Assembly: GCF_006345805.1 (NCBI RefSeq)
Contig: NC_042999.1
Coordinates: 91,388,001 to 91,452,000 of the forward strand
Reading direction: 5' to 3'
Source of the DNA: Octopus sinensis
Taxonomy: Eukaryota
Length of the DNA: 64,000 nucleotides
Of this stretch, positions 1 through 13,571 are shown in pieces. Position 1 is the first letter of the stretch, and each line of letters opens with the position of its first letter. A program made the position numbers and the translations under genes. The notes below the pieces were generated by a model that was not told where the DNA came from, made no database searches, and saw only the letters and a program-made list of their open reading frames with translations.

Positions 1-992
1 TCAAAGAACTTGCAGAAAGGTGACCTCAGACGGTGCAACACAGTGGCCTCTACTTTGAATGCTAGGCTACTGTTGTAACTTCACAAATAAAGCAAATTAG
101 CTACCATAACATTTAAAAATTTACCAAAATATTGTAAAAAATATCGTAAAAAAATATTTGACGACATTTTTTAAATATTATTTCTAAAATTATTCGTGAT
201 AGCAACAGATCTCCACAAATAAATAATACTCAGACAGCACTTGACTCCATTCTTAAATTTTCAACAACCATTAATAAACAAATATTCTTGTGTTGTGAGC
301 AAATAGTTTCTTCACTTCTTGTTTCAAGACAGAAAGCTCTCCGGTGGCCAGTGCTCTGCATGGATGCCCTCTACCACTACTCTTATAGAACTCACTCCTT
401 CTAAATATATTGGATCTGACATGCAAAGCATGTTCTTTGGGGTGAGCATAATCTCCGCTACTATCCTTAGCTCTAACTAGTTTTTACAAGATTTTCGCTT
501 TTATTATTTCATCATATTTCACCAATATTTTATATACTAGCAGGACCCGTGAATATTTCACGGAATTGATGGTAAACCTATTCGGTTGTCTCTGAAAACT
601 TTATCCAAAAAACCTGAAAGCGTAGCCTATGTTGTTTCTGTATAGAAAGATAGTTGCTCATCTGCTAATCATTGAAAAGTGAAAGAAACTGGAATACGAT
701 GATTACTTAATGAACTTTATTTATACATTTTATATACTTTATACACAATTTTTTAGACTTAATACACAGCACTCATAAAATAAATATTTACTCTTATTTT
801 TCTAGTTTTCCCATAAAAAACAAACAAAAATATCCCGTACATATGATACAACCTTTAGTTAAATTGCATATGTCTGCCACGTAAATAAGAGTGAATAGTT
901 CACGGAATTGCACTTATGCGCATGCGTTAAGTGATAGGTGATATAAAAAATTTAATACAGTTTTGTATTTAACAGATGAGGAATTATATAAA

Positions 993-1115
993 TTATTTAC
1001 ATTATTTACATTTGCCGGATATTTGTCCTCATCTTGTTTGTTGTTAACACGTTTTGGCTGATATACCCTCCAGACTTCATCAGGTGTCTTGGGGAAATGT
1101 AAATAATGTAAATAA
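993..1115 (-). mobile_element. Short Penelope-like element (PLE) terminal-repeat fragment with decayed hammerhead-like motif, flanked by a 21-bp perfect inverted repeat
   Basis: Minus strand reads GACAC-CTGATGA-A-GTCTG-N10-CAGCC-AAAAC-GTGTT (hammerhead core CUGANGA/stem II/GAAAC with mutations). TTATTTACATTATTTACATTT at 993-1013 is the exact reverse complement of 1095-1115. Confidence 0.55.
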
Positions 1116-4100
1116 AAGATTTAGTTGAATTTTTAAAAATGTATACTTTTCACTATCCAATCACTGTGTGCTGAAGTGATGTCGACTCGTTTTTCATTTT
1201 TATTAATGCATCTACACCTCGTTGTATATTTGGATTTTTCTGCTTCTGAAAGATAGAGCAATTTGGTTCCTGTTAAACAATTTTTGTGGTTCAGTCTGAA
1301 TTATATTTTTTGTCTTCCAAAGACGGCTCATTTCACGTCTTTCTGGAAGCTGCGAAAAGCATTGCTGTATTTGTGTTTGAGGGAATGTCAATGGTGATGG
1401 GAGTGCCTATTCATATCTAGGGCCCACTTTTTCGAACTAGATCCAGCGAATGAAAGAAGCTTTCTCTCTCTCTCAGTTCGAACAATATATACGTTTCTTA
1501 GCTAGCCGAAACGTACATATGTGAGGGCGTGTGCTAATCGTTCATCTTGTTCATATCTACCGTTTTTTTTTGTCGTGAAATAAATATCGTCTGCTCAGAA
1601 ATTGAATCTGTTTTCTTTTTTTCTTGTAAAATGTGGTTTTGAGGGATTGTTTTCTTTATATCTATTATATTTTTTTTGTAGGGAGGGGTATTGGCCGTGG
1701 GGAAGTTTTGTTACGCTGTCGCATTTCTTTTTCTTTATGAATGACAGTAACAAACAAAATCGGTTTTACGAATTAAAGTGTCTTTTCACGCTAGCAAGAG
1801 AAAATTTAATACAAATAATTAAGTTCCTAAATTTATTTAGAAGTGATGCATTAAAAATGTTTGTTTCTCGTAGTTTCTCCTGGTAATAATCAATGATCTA
1901 GTGAGCTAGACTAAAACTATCTGACTAACTATATTATACATAATACCATACCTTGACACTGTGTGGGCTGAGATTCGAGTTGGCGGGTTACGACTGTGTC
2001 ATCGTTGCTACTTTAAGTCGGCTACACTGAATGTTTGTAATGTTAAATTGATGCAGAAGTTAGTACGGTTTCACAGTTTATATCGGGCGCAATATTCGAA
2101 TCCTGTTGACAATGTTGACAACTGTTTACTTTTTTTATTATATCAGATAAAAATTCATAAAGTAAAATGAATAATATTGGTAATAATAGCTGTTTCAGTA
2201 TACGTACAAGACTATAAAACATGAAAACAGTCAAGTATATCGATCTCAGTACTTGACTGGTACTCTATTTTATCGCATTCGGAAGAATGAAAGGTAAAAT
2301 TAACTCAATAGGATTTGAATTTCTTTCCTACAACGAGGACATGCTGCTGAATACTTTGTCGTTAGTCTCTCAGCAGCAAGTTTATAGTCATCATCTCCTA
2401 CTTGTCAGTTCCTTTTGTGGAAACATTTGCGATCGAAATTGAATCATGCATAGAAAAAAACACTTACTACGTTTTCGCTGCTCAAATTTACGACTCCGAA
2501 CGCACGACTTTGTACTGAGAAAGCTGAAGACTTTTCCTTTTTTTGGTTACATTTTAGTGTGGATCATTCTTCTTCATGAAGGGAATCTTCTTTATTCTTT
2601 GCCGCCAGTTTGCTCTTCTCAAGCTTTCCTTTCTCATCAGAAGATGATAGGATGATAGTAAGTACTTGCGCCTGCTGTGGGCATTGGGATAGGTATCAGG
2701 ATCTCTGTCTGTTAGCTTTTAGGTAACCTCTTCTGTCATCTCTTAAACTGGAACTATTAGTGCTCTGAAAACTGGAATCTCAACTTGCTGATGTTGATCT
2801 TTGCTGCTTTTCCTTCTCTGCTTTTCTAGTTCATCAGGGCAACATTCCTAAAGTCAGTCTTGCTGCCACAGTTGCAACAACTGGACTTTATGCCATATAC
2901 CTTCAGTCTCATGTCCTTTAGTCTCATGTTCAGTCTTACACACCTCATGTTCTTCCTCTCAGAACTGGAATGATCTCCAGTACGACCCAACAAATTTCAA
3001 GGAGAATTAGGTTTTGTAAGCCCATCCCGAACCCGTATTCACACGACAACACTTCTCTTTTTACTTCTACACTGATCTATCCACCACATTGTGATATAAA
3101 AATGAAAATAAGTCAAAGTTCTATATCATAGTAGATGACACTGACTAACACTTTTGTTTCTTGTGCCCAAAGACCAACCTTCTCGCCGCATTTTCTGTTT
3201 CGAACCCTAAGCAGACTACCCAGTAGGCCTTAAGGCGTTGCTTGGGAAGTAGTTCGTCTCAAACAGCGGATATAGCAATTCTCAAACTATTGTTTTGAGG
3301 GCAACTGAAAGCTTCCACTTCATTTTCGGATGCCCAAATACGTAACTTTACTCTTTAACAAAACATGGATATAATGTTCAAGAAAAGAAGGACCATGTAG
3401 TCTGACATAATTTTGACAGTCCATTACCTTTTCCTCGCATTTGATTATATCAAGTCTTTCTGACTACGTGAGAATATTGTTGCTAAAAAACAAAAACATT
3501 GTTTATATTAGACATTTTTAATAGAAAAGGCATTAATTCTCTACTTTTCGACGTGACTCATGAATATGTTGGCGAAGGCTTGAATGAAGAAGAAAGTGTC
3601 TGTTTTCGGTCCTTTTAGCCACCACACACCCTTTTCTGCCATTGCCACCGGATTGAGGAAACTATTTGCTTTTCTCAGCAAAAAGTAAGTAAGTAATAAA
3701 TAAATAAATAAATAAAGCAGCGAGGCAATCTTCCCGATTGATTCGGTTGATAGCTGGATCTGTTCTACTCGCAACAATTGCTGTTTGACAAACAAACTAC
3801 ACAGGGCAGCGATGCTCGAACGTTGAGTGAGTGCGTACAGATCGGTTTCATTGTTCTATATCTCGGATGGATTTGTTAACTGACGGCACTGATCACGAGT
3901 AGTACTGTCAGGCCAGAGATTTTGGGGAAGTACCCATAGTTCTTGAGCCTCAAGTGCTTCGGAACAGATCAACCAGATAACTCTCGTCAACGCCGAGAAA
4001 TTATTAAGTGGACATCATCGCTCATCTCTTCCACTGATTCTCCATAGAAGGCCAACGTAGAAGTTGTTTCATCTTTCGCATTGCCCAAATCTTGAACACT

Positions 4101-4599
4101 GCTTAGCATCTGGAATGTCGATAGACACTGTTTGCATTTCAAATGCCACGAAGATCAGGACCCGGTCTTGGCGTTCGCCTGATGCAAGACCACTACTAGT
4201 TCAGAAAACGATCTGTACTAAGACAAAAGGTGACTTCAACTACTCATCGCTTTGGAATGTTTGTGGATGGTAAACTCAATGCTTATTTATGCATCAGCAG
4301 TCACAGCCTATCGAGTCCTCAGATATGTTTTGGAAGGCTTGTATTACTTAAGGACAATTTAAATAGCTCGTTTCTTTTCTTTCTTTTTTTTTTTGAAGAC
4401 AGGAATATATTAGTTTTTCTTTCGCTTCTTCCTAAATTATCACTAGGGACAAAGAAATGCTGTTGAGATCTAAAAATTATACCTGTTCAGTTTTTAAAGG
4501 ACTTAACAATAAATAAAAAGTCCAACATGCTTCATTTTTCTGTCAAAAAGTTAACACTGAACTGACAGACCCATCCCTTAATATCACTGCCCAAACGAA

Positions 4600-6545
4600 A
4601 AACAAAACTAAAAGAGAATGACGGACAGATGACCACTACATTGAAGTATTATGTGCGTTTTACACTTCAACATTGTACACAAAATGCACAGGAATAATAA
4701 AAGAAACATATGAGATATGGAGGGAAAATAATAAAGATATAACGAAAAACATCACACAAAAGCCATTTGCAAATGTCCGACGATATATCTTGCGAGAAAG
4801 AAAGTTCCCAAAACCGAAATAGACCAACTCATAGAAGAAATACTCACTGACAATAAAACAAAATAATGGGCGACAATCAAACGAAAATTGCACATCAGAC
4901 ATTATATCGCCAAAATCACATAAGACCCCCACAAAAAAGAAAGAAACACAACAGAGGTTACCGTACAGACAGTGAATAAAAAGCTGAACCAAATTAAAAT
5001 CCCTACACAACTACTAACACTTGCAATACATAGTACAGCACAGCAAATCAACAACATACAGACACGCAGATGCTTAAATACAAAACAACAACAAACAAAC
5101 TAACACACACCATGACCAACTATAATCGATGCTGGGGACGAACTGTCTGAAGCAATAGCAAATATAGAAGAAAACATCACAAAATCGATAAATATGAATA
5201 AGCGGAAACGTCTCCCCAACACTACAATAAATAAATAAACAGCTTTGTGATAGGATAAATGTATACAGCAGAACCCTACAAGTAATAATGACGACATCAA
5301 AAGATACCCTGAATAGCGACAGACTAAAAAACCTATCCTATTTAGCAGGTGTAGTGATATCCAGAGAAACTATTGCCAAATCTCAAACCCCAAAAGAGTA
5401 AGAAAACATAATAAATAAAATTAAAAAAATACAAGAAAGACTTAACACTATTTTGTGAATTAGAGAAAGAGGGATCAAATATGAAAAAGGAAAAGAAGAC
5501 GTATATAACAAAACAATACAACTTAAGAAATAAAGAAAATACATAGGAGATAAAAGAAACTTAGACAGGGAACAGCAGTAAAAACTTGTTGCATATGACG
5601 GAGTGAAATACGTGAATGCTTCTTCCGAGAAAATGCAGTGTTTAAGATAAATACACAATGATTTTATTGAAACTTAAAGAAAAAAGCCGTATCAGTACCT
5701 GACATGCCAACAACAATATCTGAAATTCAGTCATATTGGGAAGGGAAATAGAGCAAGCAAGAACAACACAACAAAAGTGCTCAATGGATAAATAGGGAAA
5801 AGGAAAGGAAGAGGAAAATAATTCCGAAGACATGGCCCAACATTGCAAGCCAAGTGATCATGGACACACTGAGGACTACCAGTAACTGGAAAAACACCAG
5901 GGATAGACAAGGACCCCAACGTTTGGTCGAAACACCTCACCAGTACCCATACTCAAATAGTGGAAGAATTTAATGGGATAATAAACAAGCCAGAATCAAT
6001 ATCAAAATTGGATGTTAGAAGGTCAAACCCACTGTTATACCAAAAAAAAAAAAAATGTACACCCACAAAATTATAAGCCAATAACATGCCTATCAACAAC
6101 TTACAAAATCCTCACATCAGTTATTTATACCCGGCTTGTAACACACCAAGAAAAATGTTTACGAGGCGAAGAACAAAAGGGATGTTTAGTTGCAGAGAGC
6201 AGCTTCTGTAAATCGAGCTTTTATAGAAGACTGTTAAAAAAGAAAAACAAACTTCAACATGACTTGAATTGATTACCAGAAGGCGTTTGACAGTGTTCCA
6301 TACTGGGGTCTCTCTACACAAATAAACTTAAAAATATTAAAATATATCATCCGCAATGGCTAACTGGAAAACCAGCAAACCAGCATACCACTGAAAAATG
6401 AATCACAAGCCATTAAAACCTACCCCATATCCATAAGAAAAAAAATTTTCCAAGGAGACTTGTTGTCTCCGCTGCTTTTCTGCCTTACCCTGACTCCACT
6501 GACAAACTTGTTAAATGAAACCACCATGTGTTACATATCTCAGTA
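4600..6545 (+). mobile_element. Decayed R4/Dong-clade non-LTR retrotransposon, N-terminal region plus RT domains 0-4
   Basis: Frameshifted peptides NYKPITCLSTTYKIL (ORF 6012-6272), YQKAFDSVP and FQGDLLSPLLFCL are typical RLE-clade RT motifs; many stops and frameshifts. Confidence 0.8.
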
Positions 6546-6600
6546 ACACGGTGGTGTAACAGATGATGTAGTAGAAATTTGCCTGAAACTACCGAATTTC

Positions 6601-6632
<32 letters not shown>

Positions 6633-6633
6633 G

Positions 6634-7490
6634 ATCCAACAACAATTTAAGGAAGACCAGAGAGAGCAGGGGAAGCAAATTTGGCAAGACAAGAAAATGT
6701 ACAGTCAGTTCTTGAAGAATAAAGATGAGATTGGTTGGAATGGAACCTGGCAATGGCTGCAGAAAGGAGACTTAAGAGGGCCCACTGAGGCATTAGTGTG
6801 CAGCGCTCAAGAACAAGCTCTCAGAACAACCTATTCCAAATATCACATTGATAAAAGCACTGTTTCGCCACAGTGTAGGATGTGCTCTGAGAAAGGAGAA
6901 AGTATAAACCATATTGTTAGTGAATGCTGTAAGCTAGCACAACGCAAATATAAAAGGAAATACGACAATGTGGTCACCTGGCTGGTGTGCGGTAAAGCAA
7001 AGCTCGACGGAGCCGAACAATTGTATGAACATAAGCCAGAGGGAGTTATGGAAAACTAACATTACAAAATACTCTGGAATTTTAACATGCAGTGCAACCA
7101 AGTCATAGAGGCGAGCTGACCAGATATTGTGATCATCCTAAAAAGATGAATAAAAAGGTAAAGATAATAGATTCTGCAATACCAGGCGATTCGAGGGTGA
7201 AATGTATGGAAACAGAAACTTGTGAGAAATAACAGCCACTGCGGGACGAGATAGGAAAGTTTGGGGGCATGAGAAAAGTAATGGTGGTGCCGGTTGTAAT
7301 TGAGGCGTTGGGAGCAGTCTCCAAGAGCTTTGAAAAACATATTAAAATAGTGGATCTGCTGTCAGGCCCGAGGTGATGTACAAGACAGCATTGTTGGGTA
7401 CAACTCGCATTCTAAGGAGAGTATTGTCTCTTTGAGTCATAGAAGAAGGCACTGCTTGAAACCTTTGGTGATTTGTCATCGTCTGTTTTC
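6634..7490 (+). mobile_element. 5'-truncated R4/Dong-clade element (CCHC zinc finger, RLE, 3' UTR) starting immediately after a (TAA)10 tract
   Basis: ORF 6697-7059 has WLQKGDL..EALVCSAQEQALRT..CRMCSEKGESINHIVSEC; downstream PDIV..IDSAIPGD and VPVVIEALG RLE motifs; preceded by (AAT)n at 6602-6631 and followed by a TAA/GAA/CAA tail. Confidence 0.88.
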
Positions 7491-7546
7491 AATAATAAGA
7501 AGAAGAACAACAACAACAATAATATTAATAATAATAATAAATAAAT

Positions 7547-7645
7547 TGTCACCTTAGTCTCCTGGCTGTGGACAGCTGACACTTTCCATTATACCCAGCA
7601 AAATAAGATGTGAGTTTTCATATAATGATGATGATGATGATGACG
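7547..7645 (+). mobile_element. Isolated 3' UTR of an R4/Dong subfamily with (TGA/TAA)n tail
   Basis: 78 bp (7547-7624) closely match the 3' UTR of the Dong copy at 31359-31436. Confidence 0.8.
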
Positions 7646-7649
7646 ATTC

Positions 7650-8700
7650 TTAAGAAAATGCCAAATAAAGAAAGCCCCAGGACCAGTGATAGTGGCTTTA
7701 ATATCACACAAACATGCACACTTATATACAACTGTTTTCTATTGAGTGTATAGAATATGGAACATTAACATGGATGACAAAGAGAGAACCAGAGTTAGTA
7801 CAGAAGGACAAAGAAAAGGGAGGGAAGTCAGTGAATATACACTTATTTCATGTTTATCATTACTTGGGATATTATTAGCAATTTCATTGCAGATAAAATA
7901 TATAACTTTCAAGAGAAGAAGAATTTATTGCCTGGAGAGTAAAAGAAGAACTGCTGAATATCGATTGCTTTAGATTGAGTTACGAATAAAAAAGAACTTA
8001 GCTGTTGGTTGGGTACACCACAAGTAATCCTACGATATTGTACAAAACTATTGGCTCTCAGAGTGGTTGGGGACCCTCGAGGTCAATGAGAAAATTAATG
8101 GTTATTTCTTTTAGAAAAAGCTATAAAGTTGTGGGGAGTAAAACTAAAATGTAGAATCTTGTTGTACCTAGAGAGGGTCATTATGCCAATAGAAATTAAA
8201 ATAAACACACGCACTGATTCAATACCACGTCATCATTGTGTTTCCTTTATCATTAATTCTCTGTATTCTGTTCCAATGCTTGCCTCGGAAATTAATCATT
8301 AGAAAATATGAAAATACGCAGATAGGTATTTCGAGAAGAAACGCCCTTTCCTCTTCCTTTCCTCGTTGCATTAATATACTTTGAAAATCGAAGCCTACCT
8401 ATGAGCTTGATAATACCAGAGTGAAGATTAATTGCCAGCAATATATGGATGACCTCAAAGTGTACTCGGAAAAGAAAAAGAACTGAATTCTGTGATTGAA
8501 ACAGGAAGGATATTCAACATGAATATTAGTATACAGTTTTGAATAAAAAAAATAATGTTTATTATGAAGAGAAGCTGAAAAATTATATCTAAGGATAGAA
8601 AAATACCACAAGAGAATATTTCTCAGGTCCACCAGTTGCATGAATAAGACTGTGCGTGAGGTACTTTTCTAGCCATAAGTAAAACAAAAACAAGAGCAGT
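7650..8700 (+). mobile_element. Old, heavily decayed R4/Dong RT fragment
   Basis: Residual motifs: KKMPNK.APGP-like at ~7655 and YMDDLKVYSEK at ~8445. Confidence 0.55.
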
Positions 8701-9579
8701 TTTATGATTGCTTCGGCAGAGTGGAGGTCAAACCTATCGTCCGAGGCACTGTTTAGCCTGAAGTTGAAGATTGAACCATACCTTCAACAACTTAACTAGT
8801 TCGTCGGTCAAGGATCCTTTCACGGTGAACTGTGTCATGAATATACATCTCCAAGAGACAAGCAATAAACCCACCGAACTATCCCGGTTAATCTTTGGAT
8901 CCTGTCACCGTCTCGAAGTTCTTCAAAGTATTAGGCCCACCACTGTCATGATTCTAACATCCACCGTCATAAAACGATAGAACAAACGATAAGTCCATTC
9001 AGTTCGATTGTTATTGTTTGTAGACTCAGCGTCAGCAAAACAAAACAAAATAAATTTGGGTACTTTGCTTTCTTTGTTGGATTGAGTAAGAGCTACACTG
9101 TCCATAGCTTTATAACTCTAACTTAGTCGATAGAGACGACTGGGTAGAATTGATGTAAGCAAGATGTTTCAGTTTAGTTTTTAAATTGAAGAACAAATAT
9201 ATGGACAAGGAGTTGGTTCTAGTAAGTTATAAGAAATATGTTTAGAAGACAGTATAGGGGTCATAAAGCAACACATGGACTGATGATAAAAATAAATCGG
9301 TGCGTCTAGTGACTTTAAATGGGGTACAGCATGTAAATGAAAAGATTATAAACGTAGGTACGTAGCTCCGATTCTATGGCATTCATCGGATAAAGCATAA
9401 ATCTTACACTGGAAGGACACCTTGCTATAATTGGTAAAATTCTCGGAGCATATTGGTAAACTGAAGTAAGATCGAATAACGTCATCTGTATAGAAACTCA
9501 TCGAAACGCTTTGAGCTTATATGAACTCATGACTTATAGGATTATTGTTTCAAGCACCTAGTGCACGTGTACACAGACA

Positions 9580-9605
9580 CAGATACACATTCACACACAC
9601 ACACA

Positions 9606-9640
<35 letters not shown>
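9580..9640. repeat. (CA)n microsatellite
   Basis: Direct reading. Confidence 0.95.
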
Positions 9641-9644
<4 letters not shown>

Positions 9645-11022
9645 TCTAAATCCTTTTTCTCGTCCTCTCCCTCTGCATCTGTTTATTATTCCTCTTAATG
9701 TATCTGTCCGATGGTATGTCCCTTTGCCTGTCTATCTGTCTGTTTGTCTGTTTGTCTGTCTAGTCTGGTCTGGTCTGTCTATCTCTTGTTCCAGTATAAC
9801 ATGACATAAGTTATATTAAAAACAAGATATTACAATATTATTGTAGACTGGCAAATAACGAAGACCAAAACAACCAGAGGGAATCATAGATTATGTTTGG
9901 ATTAGGATATTCATGAAATTGCTTATTTCATTAACGAAAAGATAAAATAGATTTGAAGTCTTGACCATCACTTTTAGAATCAATATTACCATTGCATTTC
10001 CCATCTCGAGTTCCCTATTCATACAATTTCTGTTCAAATAATTACTGTTTGCTTTCTTTCCTATTTTAATCCTTGCTTCTTTTCCATTCTCTTCTATAAT
10101 CGTATTTTTCACTGTTCTCTTCCGTCTTACTTTTCTTTCTTTTGTTGGTTTTTGTTTTCTCATTGTCTTCTACCCAACTGTGTCTCTCTCCCTCACTTCT
10201 CTTCAGGTAGCATATCAAACCTACAATTACATCGTGTAGCAAGATTTTTATCCTTGGGTAGCAATTATTATCTTCTATTTAGTTATCCCTAGGAAGGTAT
10301 TGTTACATTCACTCAAACCCCAAAGAATGCTTAGTGAAATTGTTTGTCAGAGAGTAGGAGTGGAAAAGAAATTCCAGTGGAGAGTCGAACCCATGTACGT
10401 AATCCATTAGTATGTAATCGGGATTTTTCATGTCAGTCCCACAAAGAACCCTTCTCAACACAGGACTATGATGTGATATTCCCCCACTACTCTTGCTTAT
10501 GACCAGAGATGCACGTATTGTCAGCCACTAAGCGACATGCTTAAGTGGTTAAAGTCATGTAACTAACAAGCAAATCTTTGGTATTGAGCAGAAAATTTAC
10601 TATAATGATATTTATACCTCAGCAACTCAATGATGAATCTATCTGAAATGTAATGGGAAAAGGTCAGTTTGAAAATATTGATACCCAGGTCTCAAAAGCA
10701 AAGATTGAAGGGAATAATGGTCACTTCCTTTGATTTATAGATAGAAGCAAGTAAGAAATAACCAAAGACAAAAAAAAAAGAGAGAGAAAGACCCAAAATA
10801 TTGTTAGACAGGAATGTGGTATCTGTAACTGAGGTGGTAAAGATAGCCAGTTTAACAAGTCTAACACAGTCCAGAAAGAACATTTGATCGAAGTAAGACG
10901 ACCATTTTCATACCGGTGCTACGATAAAACATCTCTTATTGCAGACGGAGTAGTTTGGTTTAGCACACTTAAACCACATTTTGACATTACCACATAAGTT
11001 TAGCCTAATTCTCTCATTCGTA

Positions 11023-11352
11023 GTAAGCTGGCAAACCTGAGGCACACGGCCGCGTGCGGCCCGCAGACCTTTATCTTGCTGCCCACTTGATACTTTCTTG
11101 AAATGGGTTTATTTAAACAAACATTTAAAAAATTTGTGTCAAAAATTAAAGAGTGTAAGGAAAAGTAAAAAAGGAACATACTTCTGTTTTTGCAACGATA
11201 ATATTTCATATTGAATCGACAGTCATTCATTCATCATTATAATAATAGCATGAGAAAGCAAAATGTTTTCAATTCTGTCAGTATACAAGCAGCCCCCAAA
11301 AAACTTTCTGTAATTAAAGTGGCCCGTAATGTAATTCAAATTGACCAGGCCT
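11023..11352. mobile_element. Decayed hAT-type MITE-like element
   Basis: GC-rich subterminal motif GGCCGCGTGCGGCCCGC near the left end and AAAGTGGCCCG...TTGACCAGGCCT at the right end resemble hAT non-autonomous ends; TIRs degenerate. Confidence 0.4.
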
Positions 11353-13028
11353 AGTGACTAGACCCTTATTTGAGGATAACACAGTTTTCCCTACTGCATC
11401 GTTTGTTTAGTGAAATTGTTTGTCAGGGAGTACAAGTGGAAAAGATGTTCCGGTGCTAAGTCGAACCCATGTACGTAGTCCATTAGTATGTAATCGTGAC
11501 TTTTCAGGTCAGTCCCACAAATTCATAATAACTGTTTCTATGTAGATACAAGGCCAGCAATTTTAGTGACTGTGGTGGTGAGGTTAGTCGAATAAATCAG
11601 CTCCAGTTCTTGACTGGTACTTTATTTTACTAACTTTGAGAGGATGAAAGGCAAAGCCGACTTCGGTGTGACTAGAACTGAGAACATAAAGAGCCGGAAT
11701 GAATACCACAAGGAATTTTTCCGCCGTTATCCTTTCACAAATCCACAATAATGGGGAGATTGAACGACGTTTATGATGTTCTCAGTGGTTTGTAGTTGAG
11801 TAAGCGAAGTGAATTTATTATGACCATAGACTAAACAGGTTCATTGCAAACTTACTTGCCCCTTACGTTGCTGATTTACCTTGAAGAAATAAAGCACAAG
11901 TTTGGATTATTCTGCTGTTACGAAGCAGCAATGGAACCTCAGCGTGCTTGCCATATCTTTTCCAAATTTCACCATACAATCTTAAATAAGGAAAGGACAC
12001 GTAAAATTATGTAGTCCAATGTACATCTTAAAAGCTGTGGTCATTGCAAGAAAAGTGCGTATCACAGGTCCACTTGATCAGAACTAAAACACTAACTCCT
12101 GCTTCAAGGAAGGCTGAGCACCTTGAATAAATTTCCCTACACGTTGAAAGGGTGTGTAACTTACTAGAACGATTAACGAAATATTAACAAAATAACAAAA
12201 TATCAAACGAATTTTAATTTTGAATTCAGATCCAAGTTTGGTTCGATAAAGAAATAGAATAGTAGAGACTATCATTCCAAAAAGATTGTGAAATATAATG
12301 AAAATGATAAAGAAAGAAAAAAAAAATGAGAGGGAAATCTTAGGTATTTCTCATTTTACATTACCTGTTGGCAGGTTGTTTGACACAAAGACAAGTACTT
12401 AGGTAAAATTAAATTAAAGAAAAGAAACATTTGTAATTTGGAACAGTTGGATATTAAATATATTTCATTACAAATCGCATCTTCCTTTGAAAGCATCATT
12501 TGTTGTTTAGAGATAGACATACACTCACCTGCAGTTGTTATCTGTATGGTTAACACATAAAATAATTGCGCACTTCAGCGAGAAGACACAATCCTGATGT
12601 CGACAAAAAGCTCTTAACTTTCTGATAATAATAAAAATAACAATAACAAACAACGACGACGACAACCATGATGATGATGATGTTGATGATGATTGTGGTA
12701 CTTTTAATGCTTTGTTCTCGCTTATTTTGTTCTAGTTAATCCCTTGTTCTGTTAATCCTATTCTACAATGAAATGCCATACAAAAGCATCTCTGGCGACA
12801 TGAAGACTTTCATGTTTTGAAATTGTCGCCAATAATGCAGCCTCCGGATATTACTACTACTATTGATAGATTGGAGTTCTTTCACCTGTCAATTTCTGTA
12901 ATTACTGATTGTTTTCTGATTCTGGAAGTCTAAAATGTAATCTTCTTCGTTCAGAATCGTAAACATCTTCATCTATCTTTTGCTTTTATATTTTTCTTTT
13001 ATTAATTCTTTTATCGACCTTTGTCACG

Positions 13029-13215
13029 TTATCTCATTCTTCCTTGACATTTAGATATTGTCTCACTTTTCCGGGTTAACTTATTTACACATTCACGCTG
13101 TTCCTTTTCAAATTGCTTTAAATGAGATGTTAATTTACTTTGCTTAATGGGTATGTCGCGATCACAGTACTCTGTTTCCGGCGAACCAAGTAAACTACAA
13201 GGTTTCAATTTCAAA
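13029..13215 (-). CDS. Candidate terminal coding exon of an unrecognised gene (LKLKPCSLLGSPETEYCDRDIPIKQSKLTSHLKQFEKEQRECVNKLTRKSETISKCQGRMR*)
   Basis: Non-repetitive open frame preceded by acceptor-like TATTTCTAG (AG at 13217-13216); helical/coiled-coil-like composition; phase-compatible with candidate exon 16833-16980. No family recognised. Confidence 0.25.
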
Positions 13216-13519
13216 CTAGAAATATTTCACTTTATGTACCAATGAACGCATTATTACAACTGTTATGTAAGAGATTATGATAATATATGGACTCTCATTG
13301 TTTTCTTAAGGGCATTGCAGGCAAATGTGTTTAAGAAAGCAAGGAACAGTTTTATTTGTATTGCCTCTAATAATAGTTGTAATAATAGGTTGATGTAAGA
13401 AGTCAATTTATTTCAGACTCAGTCCACAAAACGACTTCACTCTACACCCATGGAAACTACGTATCTAAACACACTTAGGTGCATCAACAACATACCTCAA
13501 TGATGACACTGATTCACGC

Positions 13520-13535
13520 ACGCACACACACACAC

Positions 13536-13571
<36 letters not shown>

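Noticed and set aside
2340-2960. Possible decayed CCHC zinc-knuckle (CCNCGSK..) of a gag/ORF1 on the minus strand
   Set aside because: The His is missing, there are multiple stops, and no LTRs or pol were found; too weak to call.
3780-4340. GC-richer patch with SLWNVCG, reminiscent of an APE endonuclease start (SWNVRG)
   Set aside because: A single degenerate motif followed by a stop, with no further endonuclease motifs.
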